Shown here: positions 18,120 through 26,529 of the stretch, in pieces | Layout: each line of letters begins with the position of its first letter | How positions within the stretch are numbered: the stretch's first letter is position 1 | Sequence record: PQ351811 | From: Shigella phage SSG23 | Reading direction: 5' to 3' (one strand) | DNA: 64,000 nt | Made by a program: the position numbers and the translations under genes | The notes under the pieces: generated by a model | What the model saw: the letters and a program-made list of their open reading frames with translations, nothing else | Told to the model about the DNA's origin: nothing | Database searches by the model: none

Positions 18120-20660
18120 ATGTCTGATAAAATCAATATTTTACATCAAACTATGGGTCCGGTCTACGCGTCTGTAGGACATGAACTTGTTCTTAAGCTC
18201 GTAGTAAGTACCGCAGATTTTAAAGACTATATCGTAGAATGGAAGCTAAACGGTCAAAGCGTACCATCAGATCAGGTTGCAGAACCAGATCAATCTCTGT
18301 ATATTGCTGAAATGGCAGAAAATCAATTCGGCACATATACAGCGAAAGTTAAGCTGAAAGATAATCCGCTTGAATCGGTTGATATTAAGCCTATTCTTGT
18401 TGAACGTCGCACCTTCCTTGCGCCACATGATCAATCTCCGACCTACATTTACAAGCGGTTAGGCGAAGAATTGGATATTTTTGTTACTCCGTTTATCGAA
18501 GATGATAAAGAGTTTGATACTATTTGGTATAAAAACCATATTCAGTTAGATCAAAGCAAAATCCAACAAAAAAACGTGCATGTAGATCGAGTTGGTTATG
18601 AGGATTTTGGTAACTATACTTGTAAGGTATTTGTTACCGATGATGCACGTTCTCACTATTGGATCAGTCCTGTAGTAGTGGAACAAAATAAAGATGCTCC
18701 TAAAGTTCATATTCAGGAACATTACCCATCAGCGGTTACAGTGGCAGAGGACACGCGATTGGATCTTGAAGTGTCTGTTACGACCGACGACAAAACGCGA
18801 CCATTGTCTTACGTGTGGATTCATAATGACAGGATGGTACTGGATCAAGACGGGACCGCACTGATTATACCGCATGTTACAAAAAAAGATGAGGGTGTCT
18901 GGCGTCTTGAAGTTCGTCAAGCAGAAACTACGGTCTATTCAAAAGATTGTCATGTTACAATACAAGGACGAGCGTTTTTCCGCTTCACTAAACAACCACA
19001 ATCGTTAAATGTGGGTGCTGGTGCTTTAGGTTTGTTCAGTGTTGATTTTGCAACCAACTACGAACCGGTAAAAGTTCAATGGTACATCAAGAAAAATGGT
19101 GAAGATGAATTTAAACCAATTGTTGGCGCAACTAATAAAGATCTTCACATTACACCCGCTACGCAAGAATTAAATCAGGCGAAATATAAGGCTAAGGTGA
19201 CTTATGGTGATAATCAGGTCGCCGATTCAGCAGAAGCGGACCTTCTTGTAGGCGCAGCACCTACTATTAGAATCACTAAGCAACCACAACAGTTAAACAA
19301 TGTTCGAGTTAGTTCTTCACAAACTCTTATTTGTGAAGCAACAACTGATTATGAGCATTATAAACTTGATTATCAGTGGTATAAAAATAATGAGTTGATT
19401 CCTGGAAAAACATCTAAAACTTTGCATTTTTCCTCAATCACTAAAGCAGATGAGGGTCAATATAAATGTAGAGTTTCTATGGGTATTCAGAATCATCGAA
19501 TTACGGCGGATTCTAACGAAGTTCAGGTTACGGTAGACAACTCAAAGGCTAATCTTGAAATCACGGTACAGCCTAAAGCGGTAAAAGTTCGTTCGGGTGG
19601 ACAATGGTCGCTGACTATCACAGCAACGTCTAATGATGCTTTGCCAGTTCGTTACCGTTGGTTTAAAGATGGTGAGGATCTTTTCCCGGCAGGAATTGAA
19701 CAACGAAACGTATATGGCGAAGACCATGCACAATTAACATCTACTGGCGTTTATACATGCCGTGTATCGGCTGGATTCGGTGAACATCGAGTTTCTAAAA
19801 TGTCGGATGCTGTTCGTGTGCTGATCTCAGACGATGTAACGGTTGTTCCAAATGACCTAGAAATAACAACTCACCCACAAGATGCGCATGTAAAATATAA
19901 TGAAAAACTTATGCTACATGCTGCCGCACAAACATCTATTGGTATTAAACCATCATATCAATGGAAAAAAGACGGTGAGATTATCCCAGGTGCAAATTCA
20001 GATGTATTGATCATTGATCACGCAAAACCGTCTGACGTAGGCAGCTACACAGCGGTAATTACGGCGGGTGAGAATACCATTGAATCTAATCCTGCATTAG
20101 TGACCATGACTCATCATTCAAATATCAATATTCTGAAACATCCGGTGGATGTGGTTGCTAAAGAAGGTCAGAAACAGGATATTACCTTAGAAGCTCATGC
20201 CGAACACGTTGATGATGAAAAAGAAGTTCAATGGAAATGGCATAAAATTCAGGGCGGTAAGGATACTGTTATTCCTGGCGCGAATAGTAAGGTGTATACT
20301 ATTCCTAAAGAACAAATTAGCAAGAATGCACATCAAGCAACCTATTATGCAGAAATTACTGACGACGAAGGACATGTTAAACATAGTGAAAAAGTTCGTG
20401 TGGTGTTTACTACCGCGAAATTAAAACGCTATGTACACCCGATTCCGTGGCGTCGTACTTCGTTCCAGTATCAAGGCTATTGGGTACTTGATGAAATTGA
20501 CCGTTGCAACCGCGAAGGGCTTAACTGGCTTGAGGATTTTACCCACACCAAATATCCAGACGAGATCGAGACTATTGCAGCCTCGTTGCATCACTATTCT
20601 AATACTCATGTATTGGAATCTCGTAATGGTTATCTGGTTGATGGTACTCAACTATTTTAA
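18120..20660 (+). CDS. hoc: Hoc-like outer capsid protein with about 8 Ig-like domains
   Basis: repeating roughly 95-aa Ig-like units; C-terminal YVHPIPWRRTSF..ESRNGY module resembles the remembered T4 Hoc capsid-binding end. Confidence 0.8.
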   Translation: MSDKINILHQTMGPVYASVGHELVLKLVVSTADFKDYIVEWKLNGQSVPSDQVAEPDQSLYIAEMAENQFGTYTAKVKLKDNPLESVDIKPILVERRTFLAPHDQSPTYIYKRLGEELDIFVTPFIEDDKEFDTIWYKNHIQLDQSKIQQKNVHVDRVGYEDFGNYTCKVFVTDDARSHYWISPVVVEQNKDAPKVHIQEHYPSAVTVAEDTRLDLEVSVTTDDKTRPLSYVWIHNDRMVLDQDGTALIIPHVTKKDEGVWRLEVRQAETTVYSKDCHVTIQGRAFFRFTKQPQSLNVGAGALGLFSVDFATNYEPVKVQWYIKKNGEDEFKPIVGATNKDLHITPATQELNQAKYKAKVTYGDNQVADSAEADLLVGAAPTIRITKQPQQLNNVRVSSSQTLICEATTDYEHYKLDYQWYKNNELIPGKTSKTLHFSSITKADEGQYKCRVSMGIQNHRITADSNEVQVTVDNSKANLEITVQPKAVKVRSGGQWSLTITATSNDALPVRYRWFKDGEDLFPAGIEQRNVYGEDHAQLTSTGVYTCRVSAGFGEHRVSKMSDAVRVLISDDVTVVPNDLEITTHPQDAHVKYNEKLMLHAAAQTSIGIKPSYQWKKDGEIIPGANSDVLIIDHAKPSDVGSYTAVITAGENTIESNPALVTMTHHSNINILKHPVDVVAKEGQKQDITLEAHAEHVDDEKEVQWKWHKIQGGKDTVIPGANSKVYTIPKEQISKNAHQATYYAEITDDEGHVKHSEKVRVVFTTAKLKRYVHPIPWRRTSFQYQGYWVLDEIDRCNREGLNWLEDFTHTKYPDEIETIAASLHHYSNTHVLESRNGYLVDGTQLF

Positions 20661-20670
20661 TTAATTAAAC

Positions 20671-20694
20671 GCCGACCTTCGGGTCGGCTTTTCT
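20671..20694 (+). terminator. rho-independent terminator between hoc paralogues
   Basis: gccgacc-ttcg-ggtcggc hairpin followed by ttttct. Confidence 0.6.
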
Positions 20695-20709
20695 ATGGAG
20701 TGGCTTTAT

Positions 20710-21936
20710 ATGGCTTTCACAGTATCAATTAAATCAAACAAAAGATGTTTTCTTGCTGGAGATGGTTTCACATTAACAGCGACTGTAGCAGGTGACGAAC
20801 CATTACCCAGCAATTTGACCTATACATGGACAAAAGACAACAAACCGCATGAAAATAACACCGCTACGCTAACCGTAGAAGGTGCAACAAGTGAAAATGC
20901 GGGTAACTATAAAGTCACTGTACAAGATACCGACAGCGGGGAATCTGTAGAATCTGACGTTTTCCGCATGGAAGAAGCTGAATTAATCGTTAAGATCACC
21001 GAACCGCCGCAATTCTATGTTCCTACTCACACAGACGTAGAATTACACGCAACCGTCAAATTTTCTGGCGGGAAGACTCCAACAGACAACTATGAACTAC
21101 ATTATAGTTGGAGTAAGGGCGAAGAAGTTATAGACACAACACAGGATATCACGATCCAAGAATTTACAGCAGATAACAACGGTGTGTATACTGTAAAAGT
21201 ATGGGGAGAATCGGAAGATTCAGCCGATAGCGCATCGACTAAAATCATGCTAGCAACAATGAGCGTAGAACAGGATGTGGTGGCATCAAAGACCGTAGCA
21301 CTAGGTAAGGAGATCTTACTTAATTATGTTGTGTCAGAGGACATTGTAGGCGATTCTAGCGGTATGCCTAAATTGACTATCAAACATAACTGGTATTTGC
21401 AACGTGAAGGACAGCCGTCACCGACTCTGATCGGTAGTGAGGTCGGCGAAGCACTGGAAGGATTTTCTATCATGCCAGATGGTCATCTGTTCAAAGAGCG
21501 TGCTACTTACGACGATACAGCCAAATTCTGGTGTGTTGCTAAACTATATCAACAGATCGAAGACGCAACAGTAGAACTTGCAGCACGTACAAGCAGAAAA
21601 TGTTCAATGGAAGTTGTTGAATCTCTTCATAAAATGTTCCGTTATGTGCACCCGATCCCGTGGCGCAAAACTTCATTCATCTATATTGGATGGTGGGTAT
21701 TTGACGAGATTGTTAAATTCAATGAGGCTGGGTTAGAGTGGCGTCACCGAGAAGTTTATTCAACCAGCAAGTACGCCAAAGATCTGGAGACAATCGCGGC
21801 AGCGGAAGAAAAATATAGTGATTGCACTTGCATGGAATCTCGCAATGGTTTCATGTATCAGTCCAAAGAGTTCCATAAACTGGACCGAGAGACGTTAGAG
21901 CGAGTTCTACGCATTCGTGAAACGCCTCCTGCTTAA
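20710..21936 (+). CDS. hoc: Hoc-like outer capsid protein, T4-sized with 3 Ig-like domains
   Basis: MAFTVSIKS N-terminus resembles remembered T4 Hoc MTFTVDITP; C-terminal YVHPIPWRKTSF..ESRNGF; start moved from 20695 to ATG 20710. Confidence 0.85.
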   Translation: MAFTVSIKSNKRCFLAGDGFTLTATVAGDEPLPSNLTYTWTKDNKPHENNTATLTVEGATSENAGNYKVTVQDTDSGESVESDVFRMEEAELIVKITEPPQFYVPTHTDVELHATVKFSGGKTPTDNYELHYSWSKGEEVIDTTQDITIQEFTADNNGVYTVKVWGESEDSADSASTKIMLATMSVEQDVVASKTVALGKEILLNYVVSEDIVGDSSGMPKLTIKHNWYLQREGQPSPTLIGSEVGEALEGFSIMPDGHLFKERATYDDTAKFWCVAKLYQQIEDATVELAARTSRKCSMEVVESLHKMFRYVHPIPWRKTSFIYIGWWVFDEIVKFNEAGLEWRHREVYSTSKYAKDLETIAAAEEKYSDCTCMESRNGFMYQSKEFHKLDRETLERVLRIRETPPA

Positions 21937-21947
21937 TGAAATCTATC

Positions 21948-21973
21948 AGCCATCCTTCGGGGTGGCTTTTTTG
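21948..21973 (+). terminator. rho-independent terminator
   Basis: agccatcc-ttcg-gggtggct hairpin followed by tttttt. Confidence 0.65.
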
Positions 21974-21983
21974 TTTTTAGTGC

Positions 21984-22011
21984 TTGACAGCGTGATTTAG
22001 TGGCCTATAAT
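21984..22011 (+). promoter_or_regulatory. sigma70-type promoter
   Basis: ttgaca 21984-21989, 16-nt spacer, tataat 22006-22011. Confidence 0.6.
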
Positions 22012-22051
22012 GGCAAACATCAACAGGGCGTTACCCAATGAGGAAAATATT

Positions 22052-22123
22052 ATGAATATGGGGTTGAAAATGGCTTTAATAACTGTTACTGTCCTATTCG
22101 TTGTTGTGTTTATGAATGTATGA
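22052..22123 (+). CDS. possible 23-aa hydrophobic peptide
   Basis: ATG after SD gaggaaaa; translation MNMGLKMALITVTVLFVVVFMNV; stop 10 nt before next gene. Confidence 0.25.
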   Translation: MNMGLKMALITVTVLFVVVFMNV

Positions 22124-22131
22124 GGTGAAGT

Positions 22132-22329
22132 ATGAATGATATTGTACGACTGATCGAAGTTACACCGCTTTCGGTTTATATCCTAGTGCTGGTTGCAACA
22201 ATGTGCTACCAGCTAGCGGCGTGTAGTGTATGGAAGTCAGAAAACGCGTTTATCCGGTTTATTGGCACTATCATGATTCAGTTTCCGGTTATGATCACTA
22301 TCCTGTTAATCGTCAATGGGGCGAAGTGA
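22132..22329 (+). CDS. small membrane protein (65 aa)
   Basis: SD gaggtgaag; two hydrophobic segments. Confidence 0.5.
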   Translation: MNDIVRLIEVTPLSVYILVLVATMCYQLAACSVWKSENAFIRFIGTIMIQFPVMITILLIVNGAK

Positions 22330-22604
22330 TGGACAAGAAAACTGCGTTAATGGTTTACATGCTACGCGAAGACCACGGTCTTAATTTTGTTGATATTGCT
22401 AAGAAGATTGGCGGGATCAGCGGACAAGATGCGGCTAAGGCATGGTTGATGGTAAAAGACGCACGCGAGGCTTACGCCAACCGTGAAAAGGTTGTTTATC
22501 GTAAACACCACATCAACAAAAAATTTAAAAATAAAGTTCAAAAACGGGTTGACAAGCCAAATAACACTGTTATAATGGACGCATTCAAACGGGCAATGTC
22601 CTGA
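22329..22604 (+). CDS. small basic protein, possible HTH DNA-binding (91 aa)
   Basis: ATG 22329 overlaps upstream stop (TGATG); LNFVDIAKKIGGISGQDAAKAW helix-turn-helix-like segment; basic C-terminus. Confidence 0.45.
   Translation: MDKKTALMVYMLREDHGLNFVDIAKKIGGISGQDAAKAWLMVKDAREAYANREKVVYRKHHINKKFKNKVQKRVDKPNNTVIMDAFKRAMS
22549..22576 (+). promoter_or_regulatory. sigma70-type promoter inside the 3' end of the preceding gene
   Basis: ttgaca 22549-22554, 16-nt spacer, tataat 22571-22576. Confidence 0.55.
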
Positions 22605-22650
22605 TTTGTAATTAATATTCTGAATAACTAATCAATAGAGGTGACTAATT

Positions 22651-23088
22651 ATGAAATTCCGTAAAAACCACGTAGCAATGAAAAAAGCAATGTTCGAAGC
22701 GTTCAAAGCAGTTGATCATGGCGGTGTTACTCTGATTGAGCAAATTAATGTTGATGTTTGGCAATCTCCGGCGATCACTTGCTCACGTCTGGCGACGGCT
22801 GGTCTTCTGAACGTTCATAGCTCTACCGCATACGACGAAGCATTGCAAGTTATTAAGGCTTTCGCTGGCGACGTTACCAGTAAGTGGGTCTATGAGAATA
22901 AAGGTGAAATTGCGGTTGCTCATGTAGGCAACAATATCCAGATGGAAATCAAGATTAAGGAAGGGTCTAAACGCAATCAGATGCTTGTTCGCTTCCAGCC
23001 ATACAAAACTAACGTAGTGCCGGATGATCTGATCATCTCTAAGAGCAATGTTACCATTCGCCGAAATCAGATCGTTATCAACAAATAA
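22651..23088 (+). CDS. hypothetical protein (145 aa)
   Basis: SD agaggtga; terminator downstream. Confidence 0.6.
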   Translation: MKFRKNHVAMKKAMFEAFKAVDHGGVTLIEQINVDVWQSPAITCSRLATAGLLNVHSSTAYDEALQVIKAFAGDVTSKWVYENKGEIAVAHVGNNIQMEIKIKEGSKRNQMLVRFQPYKTNVVPDDLIISKSNVTIRRNQIVINK

Positions 23089-23096
23089 TTAACATT

Positions 23097-23121
23097 AGCC
23101 GTCCTTCGGGGCGGCTTTTTT
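23097..23121 (+). terminator. rho-independent terminator
   Basis: agccgtcc-ttcg-gggcggct hairpin followed by tttttt. Confidence 0.7.
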
Positions 23122-23175
23122 GTATCTATTATTGACATAATTTTAGTTTACATTTGGACAATATTAATACTGTTT

Positions 23176-23248
23176 GATTAAATTATGATCAAAACGAAGA
23201 AAGATCTTTAGAACATAGAAAATGTATCTTTGATTAATTATTAATCAC
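23176..23248 (+). repeat. copy A of a conserved AT-rich intergenic motif
   Basis: gattaaattatgatcaaaacgaagaaagatctttagaa... shared with copies at 23325 and 60751. Confidence 0.6.
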
Positions 23249-23324
23249 CACATAATGTAACACAAATGTTATACTCCGTAGGAGTTCGCGAAGCGATATC
23301 CTTTTGTGTAGTTTTTACATATAT

Positions 23325-23395
23325 GATTAAATTATGATCAAAACGAAGACTTATCTTATAGAATAATAAAAATTTGTTTCGAACATTTATTAATC
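23325..23395 (+). repeat. copy B of the same intergenic motif
   Basis: gattaaattatgatcaaaacgaaga identical to copy A over 25 nt, then agaataataaaaatttgtttcg shared with copy C. Confidence 0.6.
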
Positions 23396-23501
23396 AATTA
23401 CCGGAAGTGTTTTATTGCTCGCTGTGCTCGCTTCCGCTACGCGGATACTTGTATTTGTTATTAACTTGTAGTATGATATTGCTTTCTATGGAGGAAATAT
23501 T

Positions 23502-24089
23502 ATGTTTGACCAGTTACAAGATCTATTTGGAGTAAAACCACTTCGTAGATGTGCTTTAATAGGCTCTAGAAAAGCGCCTAGCGACATTTTGATAATGGCT
23601 AGTACCATTGGGAGGGTATTGTCAGAAAATCGCGTTGTAGCGCATTCTGGAGGGGCTTACGGTATGGACAATGCTTTCATGAAGTATTACGATCCAGATT
23701 ATAGAAAAATTTTCATTCCAAATTGGAAGTTTTACGACCATAAGCATAACGGTCATGATGTGATCGCATGGCAAACCTTAGAACAAAAAAATCTGGCGAT
23801 GGATGAATTAGAACACGTTTATGATAATCCTCGTTCTATACCGTTATACATGCAAAATCTGTTTTCTAGAAATGTTGCTCAAGTCTTAGGTGAGACACTT
23901 GATGATCCTGTAGATTGTGTGTTATTTTGGGCGAAAGAAGTTAATGGGATTGTTTCGGGCGGAACTCGAATTGCTGTTTACGTTGCTCGTAGACATGGGA
24001 TACCATGTTTTAACTTATATCATCAAGAAAATAGATCCGCCGTCGAAAAAATCTTGGGCGGATCTGACTTGTCTTGGTTAGATATTTAG
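23502..24089 (+). CDS. DprA/Smf-like (SLOG-fold) protein (195 aa)
   Basis: LIGSRKAP..VVAHSGGAYGMDNAFM and FSRNVAQVLG..IVSGGTRIA match DprA Rossmann-core motifs from memory; SD ggagg. Confidence 0.6.
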   Translation: MFDQLQDLFGVKPLRRCALIGSRKAPSDILIMASTIGRVLSENRVVAHSGGAYGMDNAFMKYYDPDYRKIFIPNWKFYDHKHNGHDVIAWQTLEQKNLAMDELEHVYDNPRSIPLYMQNLFSRNVAQVLGETLDDPVDCVLFWAKEVNGIVSGGTRIAVYVARRHGIPCFNLYHQENRSAVEKILGGSDLSWLDI

Positions 24090-25331
24090 TTAAGCGTTGT
24101 CGATCTCAAGTGGTGGCAGTTCGATACCTAAAATGTAGGACATTTCTGAACGTCCAGCAAGTTTAGCCCACTCGTCACCCTTGACGATCTGGTGTTCTTC
24201 CTGATCAACTTTTGCTGTGTATGGGTTGACAGAAAGTGAATAACGATTCATAATAGCTACATGGTGTTGGAAGCTGTTAGGGTCAATTACGCTCTTATAC
24301 GCTCCAGCGCCATCGGCTTCTGTGTATGGGGAGTAGAACAGAGAACCTACACTCTCCATATCACCGATCATGTGCTTACAACCAACGAGCATATAATCGA
24401 AAGGTGTTGTCGTGTCTGCGTACACTTCAAGACCGCAACGTAGACGACCTTCGCTTAGAGCGTTGTCGGTTTCTTCCATCCATCCGGTAGATTGCAGGAG
24501 GCCAACCACGCGAGAAGACGCCAAAACGTATGTACCAGCAAAGGAGGAAGTACGCAACATTTGATTGCTCATTTCGCAAGCATAGCGGTAAAGTTCGCGA
24601 GCTTGTTTTGGTGCATCCTGAACGCTAACTAGAGAAAGTACGCCATCAGGGGTGATCCCTTTAATTTTATAGCGAGTTGATACAGTGATCAACTTCTGTA
24701 TAATATCTTTGTTGATCTCTTCGGAAGCGACAGTAGCCAGAAGATCAATTACAGAGTTTTCAGAGTTGATTTGGCTTGCTTCAAGATCCTGCATTAATTC
24801 AGTGGTGAACGAGGTTTTCAGTTTACGAGAACCTACATTAACCTGCCACTTGTCAAACTGCATTGACGTTGATGAGATCTCTGTGTTTTTATCTTCAAAG
24901 TATTCTACAGGTGCACAGTCGCTATAGAAACGAATTTTGTTTGTCATCACGCCTTTGAAAATTGCAGCTTCCGGCGTAGCGGCATCTTCACCGACTGTAC
25001 CAGCGGTCACAACTTCGTATACAACATCGCCAGATTTGAACAATGCGCCTTCGTCATAGGATTTTTCTTTTGAAAACTCTTCGATCTCTGTGCGATCGCC
25101 AGCCGCGCCACCATAGGTTGCAGCGGACCGGAAAGTCATCTGACCATCACGGTTAAGATAGCGTAGGCCGTACAATGCAGACACTGGTTGATCCGTTGGC
25201 TGGATTGCTACCAGATCAGAGAAAATCAGGTTGTTTACCGCGCGAGTTAATGATAATAGTTGCGGTCGCGCTGTCTGGTTAGCTACTGAGGAAGTGGATT
25301 CCCGCAACAGTTCAGTAAAAATATGAGTCAT
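24090..25331 (-). CDS. 24: capsid vertex protein gp24
   Basis: MTHIFTELLRESTSS..RPQLLSLTRA..SDLVAIQPTDQPV resembles remembered T4 gp24; start moved to ATG 25331. Confidence 0.9.
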   Translation of the reverse strand: MTHIFTELLRESTSSVANQTARPQLLSLTRAVNNLIFSDLVAIQPTDQPVSALYGLRYLNRDGQMTFRSAATYGGAAGDRTEIEEFSKEKSYDEGALFKSGDVVYEVVTAGTVGEDAATPEAAIFKGVMTNKIRFYSDCAPVEYFEDKNTEISSTSMQFDKWQVNVGSRKLKTSFTTELMQDLEASQINSENSVIDLLATVASEEINKDIIQKLITVSTRYKIKGITPDGVLSLVSVQDAPKQARELYRYACEMSNQMLRTSSFAGTYVLASSRVVGLLQSTGWMEETDNALSEGRLRCGLEVYADTTTPFDYMLVGCKHMIGDMESVGSLFYSPYTEADGAGAYKSVIDPNSFQHHVAIMNRYSLSVNPYTAKVDQEEHQIVKGDEWAKLAGRSEMSYILGIELPPLEIDNA

Positions 25332-25368
25332 GTTTATGAATCCTGTATTTGCCTTAATGGATATATCA

Positions 25369-25376
25369 TATTTATA
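25369..25376 (-). promoter_or_regulatory. T4-type late promoter TATAAATA for gp24
   Basis: tatttata on + strand, 38 nt upstream of the start. Confidence 0.65.
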
Positions 25377-25377
25377 C

Positions 25378-25407
25378 AAAAAGAAAAGGGAATCCCGAAG
25401 GATTCCC
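25378..25407 (-). terminator. rho-independent terminator ending the accessory late operon
   Basis: gggaatcc-cgaa-ggattccc hairpin followed on the - strand by ttttcttttt. Confidence 0.65.
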
Positions 25408-25416
25408 AAATAAAAA

Positions 25417-25569
25417 TTACTTCTTCCTAGAAACATTATCAACGCTACGGTTAACTTTGTTTACCAGATTAATTGCATGATCAGAACGAATAATTGCATA
25501 AGCTAATGCTAACATCAATTCGTCGTATTCCTTACGAGTCATAACATAGCTGTTTTCTTTCTTACTCAT
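25417..25569 (-). CDS. hypothetical small protein (50 aa), not in ORF track
   Basis: ATG with SD aggagg upstream; lies inside the late operon before its terminator. Confidence 0.4.
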   Translation of the reverse strand: MSKKENSYVMTRKEYDELMLALAYAIIRSDHAINLVNKVNRSVDNVSRKK

Positions 25570-25579
25570 GCATTCCTCC

Positions 25580-26512
25580 TTATGGAGAATTTGGGGTTAA
25601 TTCAGGGAACAGCGTACCAAAACCAAAATTACCGCTAGCGTCACGCTGGAATGTCATAACAAGATCGACATAAACCGGATCTGTAAATCTATCAAATCTA
25701 TCCGACCCAATATCAACCATGAACGCTAATTTAATCTCATTGGAATTTGAGATCGCAGCGTCAGCACATGCACCAAAAATTACCTGAGTATCTTTTGCCG
25801 TATATGCATTGACCTGTATGTTGGTTGGTTTCATTACATCGTTAGACAAACCAGATAGTTCTACTCGTCCATTAAATGACGCCAGACTTTGACCACCACC
25901 TAGATAATGAATATGACCACCTTGTGAAGATTGTGTCCAGTCCATAAGCATAACCTTAAATCTAGCCTCAAAACGACCTTCCACGTAATATCGACCAGTT
26001 TCAAAGTTTTGTCTAATTGGTGTCCATGTTATATGTGGTTTTCCGCTTACAGGGTCGACAAGAGTTATGCCTACTGCTGGCGTAATACCTACACTATCAA
26101 ATGAACGTGATAGCCAGTTCCATGTTTGATTGTCTAGGTTTGGCAATTGTGGAATATTCAATCCATCTAATCGGCTGTGTGCTCGTGCTGCTTCCGATTC
26201 TGCGGTAGTCGCTTTAGTCAGTGCATCAGTTGCTTTGCTCATGGATTGCCCTGCCGTTCGATCCGCAACGTCAGCCGTATTTTTTGCGACTTCTGCCGTT
26301 CGGTGTGCCGAACTTGCTGTTTCTGATATTACGTCATCACACGCAATAACAAAATCAATTACAGGATCAATTAACTGAGTGTTGATTGAATTTGAAATTC
26401 TTTCAACATCACTTTCCATTAGAGCATTTGATTCGTTACCAGTGAAATGAGTAATTTCACCTTGAACAAAGTCATTTTGCAACTTACTGATCTTTGCTTT
26501 AATATCGGTCAT
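25580..26512 (-). CDS. hypothetical late protein, possibly structural (310 aa)
   Basis: Ala/Thr-rich helical N-terminal part and beta-rich C-terminal part; co-oriented with capsid genes. Confidence 0.55.
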   Translation of the reverse strand: MTDIKAKISKLQNDFVQGEITHFTGNESNALMESDVERISNSINTQLIDPVIDFVIACDDVISETASSAHRTAEVAKNTADVADRTAGQSMSKATDALTKATTAESEAARAHSRLDGLNIPQLPNLDNQTWNWLSRSFDSVGITPAVGITLVDPVSGKPHITWTPIRQNFETGRYYVEGRFEARFKVMLMDWTQSSQGGHIHYLGGGQSLASFNGRVELSGLSNDVMKPTNIQVNAYTAKDTQVIFGACADAAISNSNEIKLAFMVDIGSDRFDRFTDPVYVDLVMTFQRDASGNFGFGTLFPELTPNSP

Positions 26513-26529
26513 TGATCACCCCTCACTAA

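Noticed and set aside
23122-23501. tRNA or other structured RNA gene in the 413-bp non-coding gap
   Set aside because: I found no cloverleaf-compatible arrangement, T-loop (GTTCRANYC) or CCA-adjacent acceptor stem by eye; only short dyads. Not confirmed as absent; a tRNA scanner would settle it.
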